Of a stretch of 64,000 nucleotides of DNA, positions 24,301-33,483 are shown piece after piece (the stretch's first letter is position 1; the number at the start of each line of letters is the position of its first letter). The notes beneath the pieces are model-generated. The model was not told the origin of the DNA and did not search any database. It saw only the letters and a program-made list of their open reading frames with translations. The stretch is taken from positions 13,020,001-13,084,000 of the forward strand of contig JBHGNT010000008.1 of NCBI GenBank assembly GCA_043228905.1, read 5' to 3'. Made by a program: the position numbers and the translations under genes. The DNA is from Azolla caroliniana. Lineage: Eukaryota; Plantae; Polypodiophyta.

Positions 24301-25426
24301 CATCCTTCAGCAGCATCTTGCATCCGGTTGATGTCATCAGCGACACGTCTCCTATGCCGGCAATCCGGCATGTGCCTTCATTTCCCATCCGGACACAGCC
24401 GTGCTCACCGGCTGTGTAGGATGAGAAGTATTTCTTCTCCGGGGTCAGGTGGAACGACGCTCCGGAATCGACCACCCAGGTCATCTCTACACCGGCAAGG
24501 TTCAGCTCCCTCTCTTCGGTAATGAGCATTATCTCTTCTTCACTTGCCGCGAGTGCCGTCGTTCCTTTCCGGTCCTGCCCTCGCCGATCTGGACCTCTCC
24601 GGTCCGTGGCTCCCCGGTATGCACCGTTTCTCTCCGGTGACTTCTTCGAATCGGTGTCGTCGGCTCCGTTGTCCTTACGGTAATGCCGACAATTCTTCCG
24701 GAAGTGCCCCGGCTTCCCACAGTGGAAGCATGTGGGTCTTCCTCTTGACTGCGACCGGGTCCCCGACTTCTCCCGTCTTTGCGGACTCCGGTTCCATTGT
24801 CTTCCCCGATCCGATTCGGTAAGCAGCGCCTTCGGGTCGGAGGCCGGTTCTTTATCTCTCCGACGCGCTTCTTCGTTCAAAATACTTGTCTTTACCGTTT
24901 GTAGAGACAAGTTATCTTCGGTGCAGGAGGTGCTGAGAGTCACCACCAAGTTCTCCCAGCTTTCCGGCAATGTACACATCAGAATGATGGCTTGCATTGC
25001 ATCCTCCAGTGGGAACTTGATCGCCGCAAGCTGGTTCACGAATCCCATGAACGTGCTTACGTGTTCCACCATACTCTCGCCGTCCCGGTACTTGAGGTTC
25101 ACTATCTTCCTCATCAGGGAGGTCCGGTTCAACGCATTCTTCCTCTCGTAGAGGCCCGACAGCTTCCGCCACATCTCGTATGCGTTGGTGTCGTTCGCCA
25201 CATGTTGTAGAACGCTCACGTCGACGTATTGCCGAATGGTTGCAACGGCTTTCCGGTTCAGAAGCCTCCATTCCGTCTCAAGTACCCCCTTCGGTATTTC
25301 CGACCTGTCAATCGGTTCGTACAGGTCCCGAACAATCAGAAGATCCTCCATCTTGATCTTCCAGTCGGCGTAGTTCTGCGCATTCAGCACCATCATCCCC
25401 GGCTGCCCGCTGCTGCCGCCTTCCAT
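21353..25426 (-). CDS. Intact Tnt1-like Gag-PR-IN-RT-RH polyprotein of F (about 1357 aa from MEGGSSG)
   Basis: Uninterrupted ORF with CFHCGKPGHFRKNC, VVDSGASFH, WHKRLCHMS, ADNGGEY, YVDD and RNase H motifs. Confidence 0.95.
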   Translation of the reverse strand: MEGGSSGQPGMMVLNAQNYADWKIKMEDLLIVRDLYEPIDRSEIPKGVLETEWRLLNRKAVATIRQYVDVSVLQHVANDTNAYEMWRKLSGLYERKNALNRTSLMRKIVNLKYRDGESMVEHVSTFMGFVNQLAAIKFPLEDAMQAIILMCTLPESWENLVVTLSTSCTEDNLSLQTVKTSILNEEARRRDKEPASDPKALLTESDRGRQWNRSPQRREKSGTRSQSRGRPTCFHCGKPGHFRKNCRHYRKDNGADDTDSKKSPERNGAYRGATDRRGPDRRGQDRKGTTALAASEEEIMLITEERELNLAGVEMTWVVDSGASFHLTPEKKYFSSYTAGEHGCVRMGNEGTCRIAGIGDVSLMTSTGCKMLLKDVRHVPEVRLNLISAGRLDDEGYTGSIRNGVMKFSKGSLIVARARKVNTMYLMNSRLCPEELNVAADTAGELWHKRLCHMSEKGMKRLAEDNLIPVKHVHLEKCTDCLAGKQNRTSFHSRPPTRRSAPLELVHTDVCQVETKSHGGAHYFVTFIDDHSRKLWTAPLKTKDQVLGVFKELHARVERESGKKLKTIRADNGGEYQGQFQEYCRSKGIRLEFTVPKTPELNGLAERMNRTIMERVRSMLAHAKLPKGFWAEAMSTATYVINRSPSVPLDGDTPQRVWTGREVSYRHLKVFGCLAYVHVAKDRRGKLDPKTRPCIFLGYGDDEFGYRVWDPVDKKIFRSRDIIFMEDKTLADWESEKKMKSSKSTGENQLYEEQSRPARDRLTLEDPAEDSEETEPAEEDENDTGIGPDSEMDSDEEESEEPVTEAPERRYPLRERRAPRRFPEPEHVLLTDEGEPESFEEAKLDTHSRRWLSAMQEEMDSLHENHTYELVELPKGKRALRNKWVFKLKPGDAGNPPRYKARIVVKGFQQKKGVDFDEIFAPVVKMTSIRTVLSIAASIDLEVEQMDVKTAFLHGDLEEEIYMQQPEGFEKKGKEHLVCRLKKSLYGLKQAPRQWYRKFDSFMTDEGYHKTQTDHCVFVKKFEGGDFLILLLYVDDMLIVGRDRVKIRMLKKALHRTFSMKDLGPARQILGMHIIRDRKKKQLWLSQEKYVTKVLHRFNMSEAGLVGSTLPANCKLSSKQSPKTKAEKEDMMKVPYASAVGSLMYAMVCTRPDIGYAVGVVSRYMSNPGKEHWNAVKWILRYLKGTANMCLRFGSGKPELDGFTDSDMSADVDTSRSTSGYVMMYAGGAVSWQSRLQKTVALSTTEAEYMAAVEAGKEIIWMKDFIRELGIRQEEYRLYCDSQSAIHLAKNAAYHSRTKHIQRRYHWIRERIEDKEFVLTKIHTDENGSDMLTKVLTPDKLEACRKRIGLERHPMPK

Positions 25427-26844
25427 TTTCTGCACTGCCGTCGCTCTGATACCACTTTGTTGTGAATCCACGCACGGATTCACCTTCACCGTTCGGCCAC
25501 AGCCGAGAAATCACGAATCAATGCAGCAGAAAATAGGAAACACAGAGACAGACACGATAACACAGGGATTAACGTGGAAAACCCTATACGGGGAAAAACC
25601 ACGGGAGTCCTCAAACTCCAACTATCACTATAAACAGAGATGTACAATGGTGAAGCTACAAGGCAACGACCTTGAGCTCACTGTCTTCGCCACAGGCGGC
25701 GGTAATACACAGAGGCAACGACCTCTTCGTCTTTCTCACTCTCTCTCACTCTCGGCTGCTCTCTCTTGGCATAAAAATAAGCAACAACTTACAGCACTCA
25801 CAAACAGTTTGCCCTAAGTCATATTTATACACATATAACTTTCAGGCTATTTACAAATATAGCCACAAGGGCCCTTGGCAAACATATTCACAAATATGTC
25901 CCCGCATCCGGATCTCTCTCCGGGTACATACATCATCCGGCTCCGGAGCCGGGTCTTCGTCATCCGGCTTCACAGCCGGGTCTTCATCATCCGGCTCCGT
26001 AGCCGGGTCTTCGTCATCCGGCTCCGTAGCTGGGGTCTTCGTCATCCGGCTCCGTAACCGGGGTCTTCATCATCCGGCTCCGTAGCCGGGGTCTTCGTCA
26101 TCCGGCTTGCCGTCATTCATCTCCGGACATCCCATCCGGAGGGACCGTTGTCGAGATATTTTGCAAGTGCGTGTGGAGATGAGGCGGGACCGCGGGGGTC
26201 TCGAACCAAAGAGCAAGCGAGGGAGGAGAAAGAGGGAGTACCGGCTACGCAGGACCGGGGATACACAGGGACACGGCCCTTCAGCACGGAGAACGCGAAC
26301 AGACACCGACACAGACAGACACGAACGACTAAATATGTATATTAACAAAAATGGCTAACACGACTACAACCCTCGATGGGGCACAGGTTGGTTACAACCG
26401 AACAGGCCGGCGAACAGATGCCGATGCCTGTTCGCTTCGACGCACAAACGGGGTAGCAGCTCGGAGGTGCTGCCGGAAGCACTCGGGCGTTCCTCGAAAC
26501 AGCGCGAGCCTCCTCGGAACCCTGCACAGAAAGCTATGGAGCTCAAGAAGGAAGGAAACAGAGAGAGAAGCGTCCAGAAACGGTCCGACAGCACTTCGTC
26601 CTCTCTGCCCCCCCCCCAGATCTCTGCAACAGCTCTTTCCTGCTCCTTATATATCCGACGAGCAGGCCGTCATGTCAGCTTTATTCCCTGTCCCTTTGGA
26701 CAGGGATCCGCTCCGTTCTTCACGCATCCGCATAGTTACGCCTCCGACTCGTACAGTTCCTTAACTCGCGCGCGCGACCGAAAAGACTGTTCGCACGGTC
26801 TTTGTCTCCACTTGTGTTAGGGCCCGTTCCTGCCGGTTATCCTC

Positions 26845-29800
26845 CTAACTCGCTTCTATGTACAACTTGGAGCTTGCGCGCGTGAAGAACCGGTACCCAC
26901 GCCTAGGTGCGCCGATTCCGCCTATGGACGGTTTTCTTCGCGACATCCGCCCCCACCTAACCGCGCATCCTCCGGTATGCGCCAAGAGAGTTGGGACGGA
27001 GAAAACCGGCCCGTCTTCATTCCTCGCCCGTCGGTTCTTCCTCGTTTCGGATCGTTCGTCACTGCTGACTAGGAGAGCCGGGTCCGGCTCGTCGTCATGT
27101 CGCTTCTTGAACGCTTTGATCCGCTTCCCTGCAACCGGTATCGCCACTCTCGTGCCGTCAAGTTCCGCCAGGTGATATGTCCCGTTGTCATTGGCGCTCC
27201 GTACCACGTAAGGCCCGAACCACCTTCGTGCGAACTTCCGTGTGGCTCGGTGCTGGTTGTCGAGGCTGCTGTCGTAGACGAGCACCCAGTCACCTTCTTC
27301 GATTTTCTTCGGTCGGAGCCGGTGCGTTCGGTCGAACCTGGCTTTGTTCTTTGCCCTCGCCACCCGGAGCCTCTCCGCAGCCAGTTCCACGTCCTCCGGT
27401 CTCCGCTCGAGCTGTCGTATACGCGCGGCCAACAACTCCTCCCGGTTCATCTCGTCCCTCCAGTCGACCGTTGCCCACGAGGAGATCGTCCGTTCCATCG
27501 GCATGATCGGCTTCTGGCCGAACATGAGCTCCGTCGGCATGTACCCGGTTACCGAACTGTGCGTGGTCCGGTCTGCCCACAAGGCATAAGGTAGCAGCCG
27601 CGGCCAGTTACCGACTTGGCCTCTGCATGCCCGAACCAACGCCTTGACGATCGGCCCGTGTCCGCGCTCCACCTTCCCATTCGCCTCCGGATTGTACGCA
27701 GTGGTGAGCGAGAGCTTGACTCCCAGCCGGTCGAACAGCTCCGCGGCTTCTTCAGCGTCCAACTCCCCTCGGTCAGCCACGATCTTTCCGACGCACCCGT
27801 ACCGGCATATCACGTCTTCGATTAGGAACCGGCATACGGCCGCGGTCGTTTTGTTCGGAAGGGCCCGGCCTTCCACCTGGTTCGTCAGATCCTCCCGCGC
27901 TAGGACCAGGTACCGCATCTGTCCTACTCCCATTGGCATCGTTACCAGATCTACCATCCATTTGAAGTGGATGGTCGGAGGGTACGTGGGGTGAAGCTCG
28001 TCCCGATGTCGGACTATGGAGTGCATCTGACAGCTCTCGCAAGTTGTCACGAACCGATGCACGTCCTGGTACTGCCCCGGCCACCAATACTTCCCCTTTA
28101 ATTTCTCAAACGTAGCCCATGTTCCACGGTGTCCAGCCCAAGGGCTGTCGTGGTAGACCGTCAGCAGCTCCTCCTGTTCTTCCTTCATTGCCACCACCCG
28201 GAGCGGGACGCCGTTCCTCCTCTTCGGGTGCTTCCACAAGTATCCGTCCCGGAGAAAGAACCGGTACGCTTTCTTCCGGATCCGGTTGGCCTCGTCCTTC
28301 GTCCATGACGCATCGGGCGTCATTGTCTTCAAAAACCCACCGATCTGCAGCCACTCCCCGTCGTACTTGCTCGCGTCGAAGTCGTTAAGCGCCGGAGTGC
28401 TTGTCCCGTCGGTTGTTACATACGCAGTCTCGAAGAAGTCCACGCCGACCTCTTCGTCCTCCGAAATCATGCCGCCCTCGTCATCGAATCTCGCCCTCGA
28501 AAGCATGTCGGCCATGGCGTTGTCTTTCCCGGAAATGTGTCGTATTCCCGGGTCCAGGGACTTGATGTACGCTATCCACCTGAGCATTGCCAGGTCCGGC
28601 GTTGCGCACCCGGAAACCATGCCGAGAATCGGCATGCAATCCGTCTCTATGATTACCTCTGTCCCGATCAGATAGTCCTTGTCGGCTTTCACCGCCGAAA
28701 CGATACCCCAGAGTTCGCGTTTAACCTGGGCGTATCCTCGCTGCCGTTCGCTGAGGACCGTCGCGCCGAATCGGATTGGAAACCGATTGCCGTCTCCGTC
28801 TTCTTGGTTGACGACCCACCCGATTCCGGTCGGACTCGTGTCAACCGTTATGTACACTGGGGTGCCCTTTCTGTAGACGGCCTTTCGGAGCGCCGGTGCT
28901 GCCGAGAGAGCCTCCTTCAGCTTCCGGACCGACTCCTTGTGCTTGTCTAGCCATTCGAATCTTCGCCCTTTCCTCAATAATCCGTATAGCGGCTCCGCAA
29001 CATGGGCGTAATGCGGGATCCATATGTGGTAGAATGCGCATGCCCCCAGGAATCTACGTACTTCCGTGACCGAGCTGCAGTCGGGCTTCATCGCGGAGAT
29101 GGCTTCTACCTTTGCCGGAGACGGTTTCCGGCCATATGGCCCACATAAGTGTCCGACCACCATGATTTCCGACTGCCCGAAGGCTGATTTCTCCCCCGAG
29201 AAGGTGAGCCTCGCATCCTCTAGCCTTTGCAGCACCTTCTCGCAGTCGTCGATGTGCGCCATCACGAATCGCCGGCATCCGTCCGGCCCGACCGTCTCGT
29301 CCTTCTCTTCTACCGGGCATCCCTTGATCGGGATGTCGTCTAGAAACGGCATGGTGATGTCCGGGATGCAGTCCCTCAGCACCTTGTTCATCGCATTCAC
29401 CATGTGGGCCACTGAGTTGGTCCCTCCTTGCGGCAGCGTACACATCCGCACTAGGCCGAGGGGAGTTCGCATCGTCGTAATGTCTCTGCTTTCCACGGCT
29501 AGCTGGAACTGGTCGTACCCTGAGTATAGATCACCGACCGAGTAAATCGACCTTCCGGCGAAGGCCTCCGCGAACTCGTCTATGGTCGGTCCGATCCCTG
29601 CGTTCCGAATGGTCACTCTATTGACCGGCTGCAGGTCCTGAATGAAGCGCAATGATCCATTTTTCTTTGGCACGGTAAACCAGCGGTTTGAATACGGGGC
29701 GCTCGACGGCTCGAGAATGCCCATATCAACTTTCTGTTTCAACAGCTCCATCAACTTCGGGATGTGAGCTCTCGGAACCGAAATTGGCTTGAGATTCCAC

Positions 29801-30498
29801 GGTACATGCGGTACCGTGAATATCACCATCGGCTCTACGATCGTCGGGTCCACGCACCCGATTTCCTTCGGCGAGAATGCGAAGGCTTTCCCGTGCCTTC
29901 CGAGCATTCTCCGGAACCGGTCTTCCTCCGCCGGCAGTAGGAACCCGCCCCCACCGATCTTCAGCTCGCGGAGCGTCTCGTCGGTGAAGGTGTGTCCTAT
30001 GCAGGCCCGATCTCGTAAGCTGGGGTCCGATGCAACCCCTTTAATCCGGGATTCACTGCCCTCCGGTAAGGGCGCCGCAACTGGCCTCACCTTCCGGTCC
30101 ACCGTCTTGTACTTGGTGCTCACTCGGGCCGTCCGTTCCGACTCGAGCCCTCGACCGAAGTCCGCGATGACTTCGTACATTTCTTCGGAACATACCGGTA
30201 TCGTCCGGTCTTCGTTAAGGTCTTCTTCGACTACCTTCCCCAGCATTCCCAAGGTGTCGTCGAAAGAGACTGCCTCCACGGCTCCGTTGATTCCTTCGTC
30301 AGGGCCGAGAACTCCGCACGCCCGAAGTCTCCCCTCCGTCTTTGTTTTCTCTCGGCCGGTGATGCCGACCATCGTACATGCTCCGCTGTCGGAGAAGCAA
30401 AATTTCCTACCTATTGTGCACGGTTTTATCGTACAGATGTGGGGTTTTCCCGGAGCATCCGGACTGTCGCGGCCCCACGCCTTGGCAGTCCTCTCTAA
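26845..30498 (-). CDS. pol: Pol (RT-RNase H-integrase) of G, in the -1 frame relative to gag-pro
   Basis: LPQGGTNS, FLDD, VDTSPTGIG, HDSPWAGH..CESC and ADRGE..KVERG. The frame is open back to the gag stop. Confidence 0.92.
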   Translation of the reverse strand, partial: LERTAKAWGRDSPDAPGKPHICTIKPCTIGRKFCFSDSGACTMVGITGREKTKTEGRLRACGVLGPDEGINGAVEAVSFDDTLGMLGKVVEEDLNEDRTIPVCSEEMYEVIADFGRGLESERTARVSTKYKTVDRKVRPVAAPLPEGSESRIKGVASDPSLRDRACIGHTFTDETLRELKIGGGGFLLPAEEDRFRRMLGRHGKAFAFSPKEIGCVDPTIVEPMVIFTVPHVPWNLKPISVPRAHIPKLMELLKQKVDMGILEPSSAPYSNRWFTVPKKNGSLRFIQDLQPVNRVTIRNAGIGPTIDEFAEAFAGRSIYSVGDLYSGYDQFQLAVESRDITTMRTPLGLVRMCTLPQGGTNSVAHMVNAMNKVLRDCIPDITMPFLDDIPIKGCPVEEKDETVGPDGCRRFVMAHIDDCEKVLQRLEDARLTFSGEKSAFGQSEIMVVGHLCGPYGRKPSPAKVEAISAMKPDCSSVTEVRRFLGACAFYHIWIPHYAHVAEPLYGLLRKGRRFEWLDKHKESVRKLKEALSAAPALRKAVYRKGTPVYITVDTSPTGIGWVVNQEDGDGNRFPIRFGATVLSERQRGYAQVKRELWGIVSAVKADKDYLIGTEVIIETDCMPILGMVSGCATPDLAMLRWIAYIKSLDPGIRHISGKDNAMADMLSRARFDDEGGMISEDEEVGVDFFETAYVTTDGTSTPALNDFDASKYDGEWLQIGGFLKTMTPDASWTKDEANRIRKKAYRFFLRDGYLWKHPKRRNGVPLRVVAMKEEQEELLTVYHDSPWAGHRGTWATFEKLKGKYWWPGQYQDVHRFVTTCESCQMHSIVRHRDELHPTYPPTIHFKWMVDLVTMPMGVGQMRYLVLAREDLTNQVEGRALPNKTTAAVCRFLIEDVICRYGCVGKIVADRGELDAEEAAELFDRLGVKLSLTTAYNPEANGKVERGHGPIVKALVRACRGQVGNWPRLLPYALWADRTTHSSVTGYMPTELMFGQKPIMPMERTISSWATVDWRDEMNREELLAARIRQLERRPEDVELAAERLRVARAKNKARFDRTHRLRPKKIEEGDWVLVYDSSLDNQHRATRKFARRWFGPYVVRSANDNGTYHLAELDGTRVAIPVAGKRIKAFKKRHDDEPDPALLVSSDERSETRKNRRARNEDGPVFSVPTLLAHTGGCAVRWGRMSRRKPSIGGIGAPRRGYRFFTRASSKLYIEAS

Positions 30499-32621
30499 AA
30501 ATCCTCTCGGTTTTCGGAACCGAGGGAATCGCGGTTACGTTCGTGGTTCGGCCGTACCGTCAGAAACTGGACCGAATGGCGCCCGTCTTGGCTTTTGACC
30601 CTTGCGTAGGCCGAACCATTGTCCAGCACTTTGGTCTCCATTCGCGCCGCCGTGATGTACGGCTCTCCCAGAATGACCGGATGCGAAGACGTCTCCTGCA
30701 CGAAGAAGTGCTGGTCAATCTCGACGTCGTCGATCTTGACTCGCACATTCGGACAGGCCCCGTGCAGTTCCTCGGTGGCGCGCGTTGCTGCCCTTATTTT
30801 CCACCCGTGCTTGGTGTTGATCGGCCATTTGCCCTTCTTATAGAAGTCCATGGACATCAAATTGATCTCCGATCCGTGGTCCACCAAAGCTATCACCGGT
30901 TCCTGGACATCGCCGATCCTCACCGGGGTTTCCGTGGTCGCTCGAGCCCAGTGTGGTCTCGAATAGTGGCTTTCCGCCCACTCGTCTCCCAGCGCCATGT
31001 CGTCTAGGTGCGTCGTCCGCACTTCCACCGGTCTTTCCGGTTCTGTCTCCGTCGACAGCCTCTTCCGTTTCACCAAGTCCACGATGGAGTCGTGGAACTC
31101 CTTCTTGGCGATTCCCAGCACCTCTCGTAACGACAGCTCCACCTTGCTGTCGAGGATCCGTTCCTCCAGGACCTTTCGTAAGTCCGTGGTCCTTTCTATC
31201 TCCGTCCCCAGACGGTACCCGCCCTTCTGGGGTTTATCTTGCGTACCGGCCCCGCCGGCTTCGTCCCGTCGTGGCCCGGACCGGGTCTCGTATCGTTGTG
31301 AGGGCCCGGTCGTCCCGGGTCTCCCCACCCGCTTCTCTTCTACCAGAGCCTCGTAGTTCTGGCAAGCGGCTTCCACGAAGCTCGTCCTTTCCTCGACCGG
31401 GTCGCTCCACCCGGTCATCTCCCGTACCCGTTTCTCCGCACGGTCCGATTCCTCCCCTTTAAGCCTTGCACCGGCAAGGCCTTCCAGCATCGTCGGCCAG
31501 AATCCGGCTTTGCTTTCCCTTCGGGCCTCGCAACCCCCGACTCGAATGCCGGCCGACGCCGAGTAGTGGACGGTTTCCGCGTGTCGGGCCGCCGCCTCTT
31601 CCATCAACCTTTTCATACCACCTTTTCCGTCGTTTCGGCTCAGGGCCCTTCGGGTGTCGCTGGCATGCACCCGTCCTTCCCACAGGTACACCACCCTGTT
31701 CCTCAGCGCCTCCGCGAAGTCGCCGCAGTCCTTCCGAATGTGGCCGACTTCATCGCACCACATGCACCTGTTTCCTGCCGCCGGCCGTCGGTCACGAGCC
31801 GGTTCGCCTCCTTCCCTTCGGGCCTGCGCGATTTGGAGGTCCTTTATCGCCTTCGTCAATTCCTCCAGCGCCGCTCCTCCGGTTGAGCCTCTGACTACGC
31901 CGGTCGAAGCCGAACCGGTTTCCAACCACCCCTGGGTCTCTTCCTTGCGCACCTGTGGCGCTGGTTCAGGCTTCCTTGCTGCGACCGGGCCCGACCCGGT
32001 CGCCCCGTTATCCGCCCATTCTCGCCGTTTGTCGAAACGGCCACAGACCTTCCTGACAGCCGCCCAGTCGGTAGTGAGCCCGTCCTCGGTTTCCAGCAAG
32101 AGGCCCACTTGCTCCCAATCCCGCTCGTCGACCGACTTGACAAACAGCAAGACCCGGCTCGTGTCCAGGATGGTTCGGTTGAGCGCCGAAAGGCGCGCAA
32201 AGTTTTCCTCGAACTCCCGGAGGAGCGCCGACGCGTTTCTTCCCTTCCCCGGGGACTCCACCCATTCCATGAACCTTCGCTTCGAAAGCCGGAGCGCGTC
32301 GTCCAGCCCGTATTTCTCTAGGAGCCGACCTTCGAACTCCTCCCAGGTACGGCTCTCCGTCCGCACCTCAAGCACCTCCGCATGGATGCTCGGCATCGCC
32401 ACTCGGGGAAATCCGGCAAGACGCCTTTCTTCCGGAATGTCCCGCATCAGCATCTCTGCACCGTAGGACGCCAAATACTTCGTGGCATCCTTCCCATCGA
32501 ACCGGCCGATCGTGCCGACGACCGCCTCAATAGCTCTGTCGAGGGCACCGGTGATCTCGCGCGCGTTTACAATCCGATCCACGGCCGAAGCCATGGCCTC
32601 TGCGAGATCCGACCCCCTCAT
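30495..32621 (-). CDS. gag: Gag-protease ORF of G
   Basis: ATG just after the PBS. CMWCDEVGHIRKDC knuckle and aspartic protease motifs LVDHGSEIN and VILGEP. Confidence 0.92.
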   Translation of the reverse strand: MRGSDLAEAMASAVDRIVNAREITGALDRAIEAVVGTIGRFDGKDATKYLASYGAEMLMRDIPEERRLAGFPRVAMPSIHAEVLEVRTESRTWEEFEGRLLEKYGLDDALRLSKRRFMEWVESPGKGRNASALLREFEENFARLSALNRTILDTSRVLLFVKSVDERDWEQVGLLLETEDGLTTDWAAVRKVCGRFDKRREWADNGATGSGPVAARKPEPAPQVRKEETQGWLETGSASTGVVRGSTGGAALEELTKAIKDLQIAQARREGGEPARDRRPAAGNRCMWCDEVGHIRKDCGDFAEALRNRVVYLWEGRVHASDTRRALSRNDGKGGMKRLMEEAAARHAETVHYSASAGIRVGGCEARRESKAGFWPTMLEGLAGARLKGEESDRAEKRVREMTGWSDPVEERTSFVEAACQNYEALVEEKRVGRPGTTGPSQRYETRSGPRRDEAGGAGTQDKPQKGGYRLGTEIERTTDLRKVLEERILDSKVELSLREVLGIAKKEFHDSIVDLVKRKRLSTETEPERPVEVRTTHLDDMALGDEWAESHYSRPHWARATTETPVRIGDVQEPVIALVDHGSEINLMSMDFYKKGKWPINTKHGWKIRAATRATEELHGACPNVRVKIDDVEIDQHFFVQETSSHPVILGEPYITAARMETKVLDNGSAYARVKSQDGRHSVQFLTVRPNHERNRDSLGSENREDF

Positions 32622-33483
32622 CTTCTGCTCTTCTGCCGCCTCTTTCACGTCGGGTTCACCAAAGATGTCGAGATATTTTGCAAGTGCGTGTGGAGATGAG
32701 GCGGGACCGCGGGGGTCTCGAACCAAAGAGCAAGCGAGGGAGGAGAAAGAGGGAGTACCGGCTACGCAGGACCGGGGATACACAGGGACACGGCCCTTCA
32801 GCACGGAGAACGCGAACAGACACCGACACAGACAGACACGAACGACTAAATATGTATATTAACAAAAATGGCTAACACGACTACAACCCTCGATGGGGCA
32901 CAGGTTGGTTACAACCGAACAGGCCGGCGAACAGATGCCGATGCCTGTTCGCTTCGACGCACAAACGGGGTAGCAGCTCGGAGGTGCTGCCGGAAGCACT
33001 CGGGCGTTCCTCGAAACAGCGCAAGCCTCCTCGGAACCCTGCACAGAAAGCTATGGAGCTCAAGAAGGAAGGAAACAGAGAGAGAAGCGTCCAGAAACGG
33101 TCCGACAGCACTTCGTCCTCTCTGCCCCCCCCCCCAGATCTCTGCAACAGCTCTTTCCTGCTCCTTATATATCCGACGAGCAGGCCGTCATGTCAGCTTT
33201 ATTCCCTGTCCCTTTGGACAGGGATCCGCTCCGTTCTTCACGCATCCGCATAGTTACGCCTCCGACTCGTACAGTTCCTTAACTCGCGCGCGCGACCGAA
33301 AAGACTGTTCGCGCGGTCTTTGTCTCCACTTGTGTTAGGGCCCGTTCCTGCCGGTTATCCTCCTAACTCGCTTCTATGTACAACTTGGAGCTTGCGCGCG
33401 TGAAGAACCGGTACCCACGCCTAGGTGCGCCGATTCCGCCTATGGACGGTTTTCTTCGCGACACCGTAAATCCCAACAGACAC

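Larger units (their letters stand above)
26149..33463 (-). mobile_element. Intact young non-chromovirus Gypsy G: LTRs 26149-26945 and 32666-33463
   Basis: 4-bp TSD CCGT on both sides. TGTCG..CGACA termini. About 2 substitutions and 1 indel between LTRs. tRNA-Trp PBS at 32644-32661 and PPT at 26946-26958. Confidence 0.96.
20641..33478 (-). mobile_element. Young Tork-like Copia F: 3' LTR 20641-21342; 5' LTR 25458-26148 plus 33468-33478 (split by G)
   Basis: TSD GACAC on both sides. About 3 substitutions between the 702-bp LTRs. iMet PBS at 25443-25454. Confidence 0.95.

Noticed and set aside
25427-25489. N-terminal ORF extensions starting inside LTRs (also 32622-32804 and 35470-35523)
   Set aside because: They come from non-ATG starts in the ORF track. 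The likely starts are the ATGs after the PBS.
29789-32466. Long plus-strand ORFs antisense to G, and similar ones opposite A, F and I
   Set aside because: They are shadow frames of GC-rich coding sequence with no recognisable motifs.
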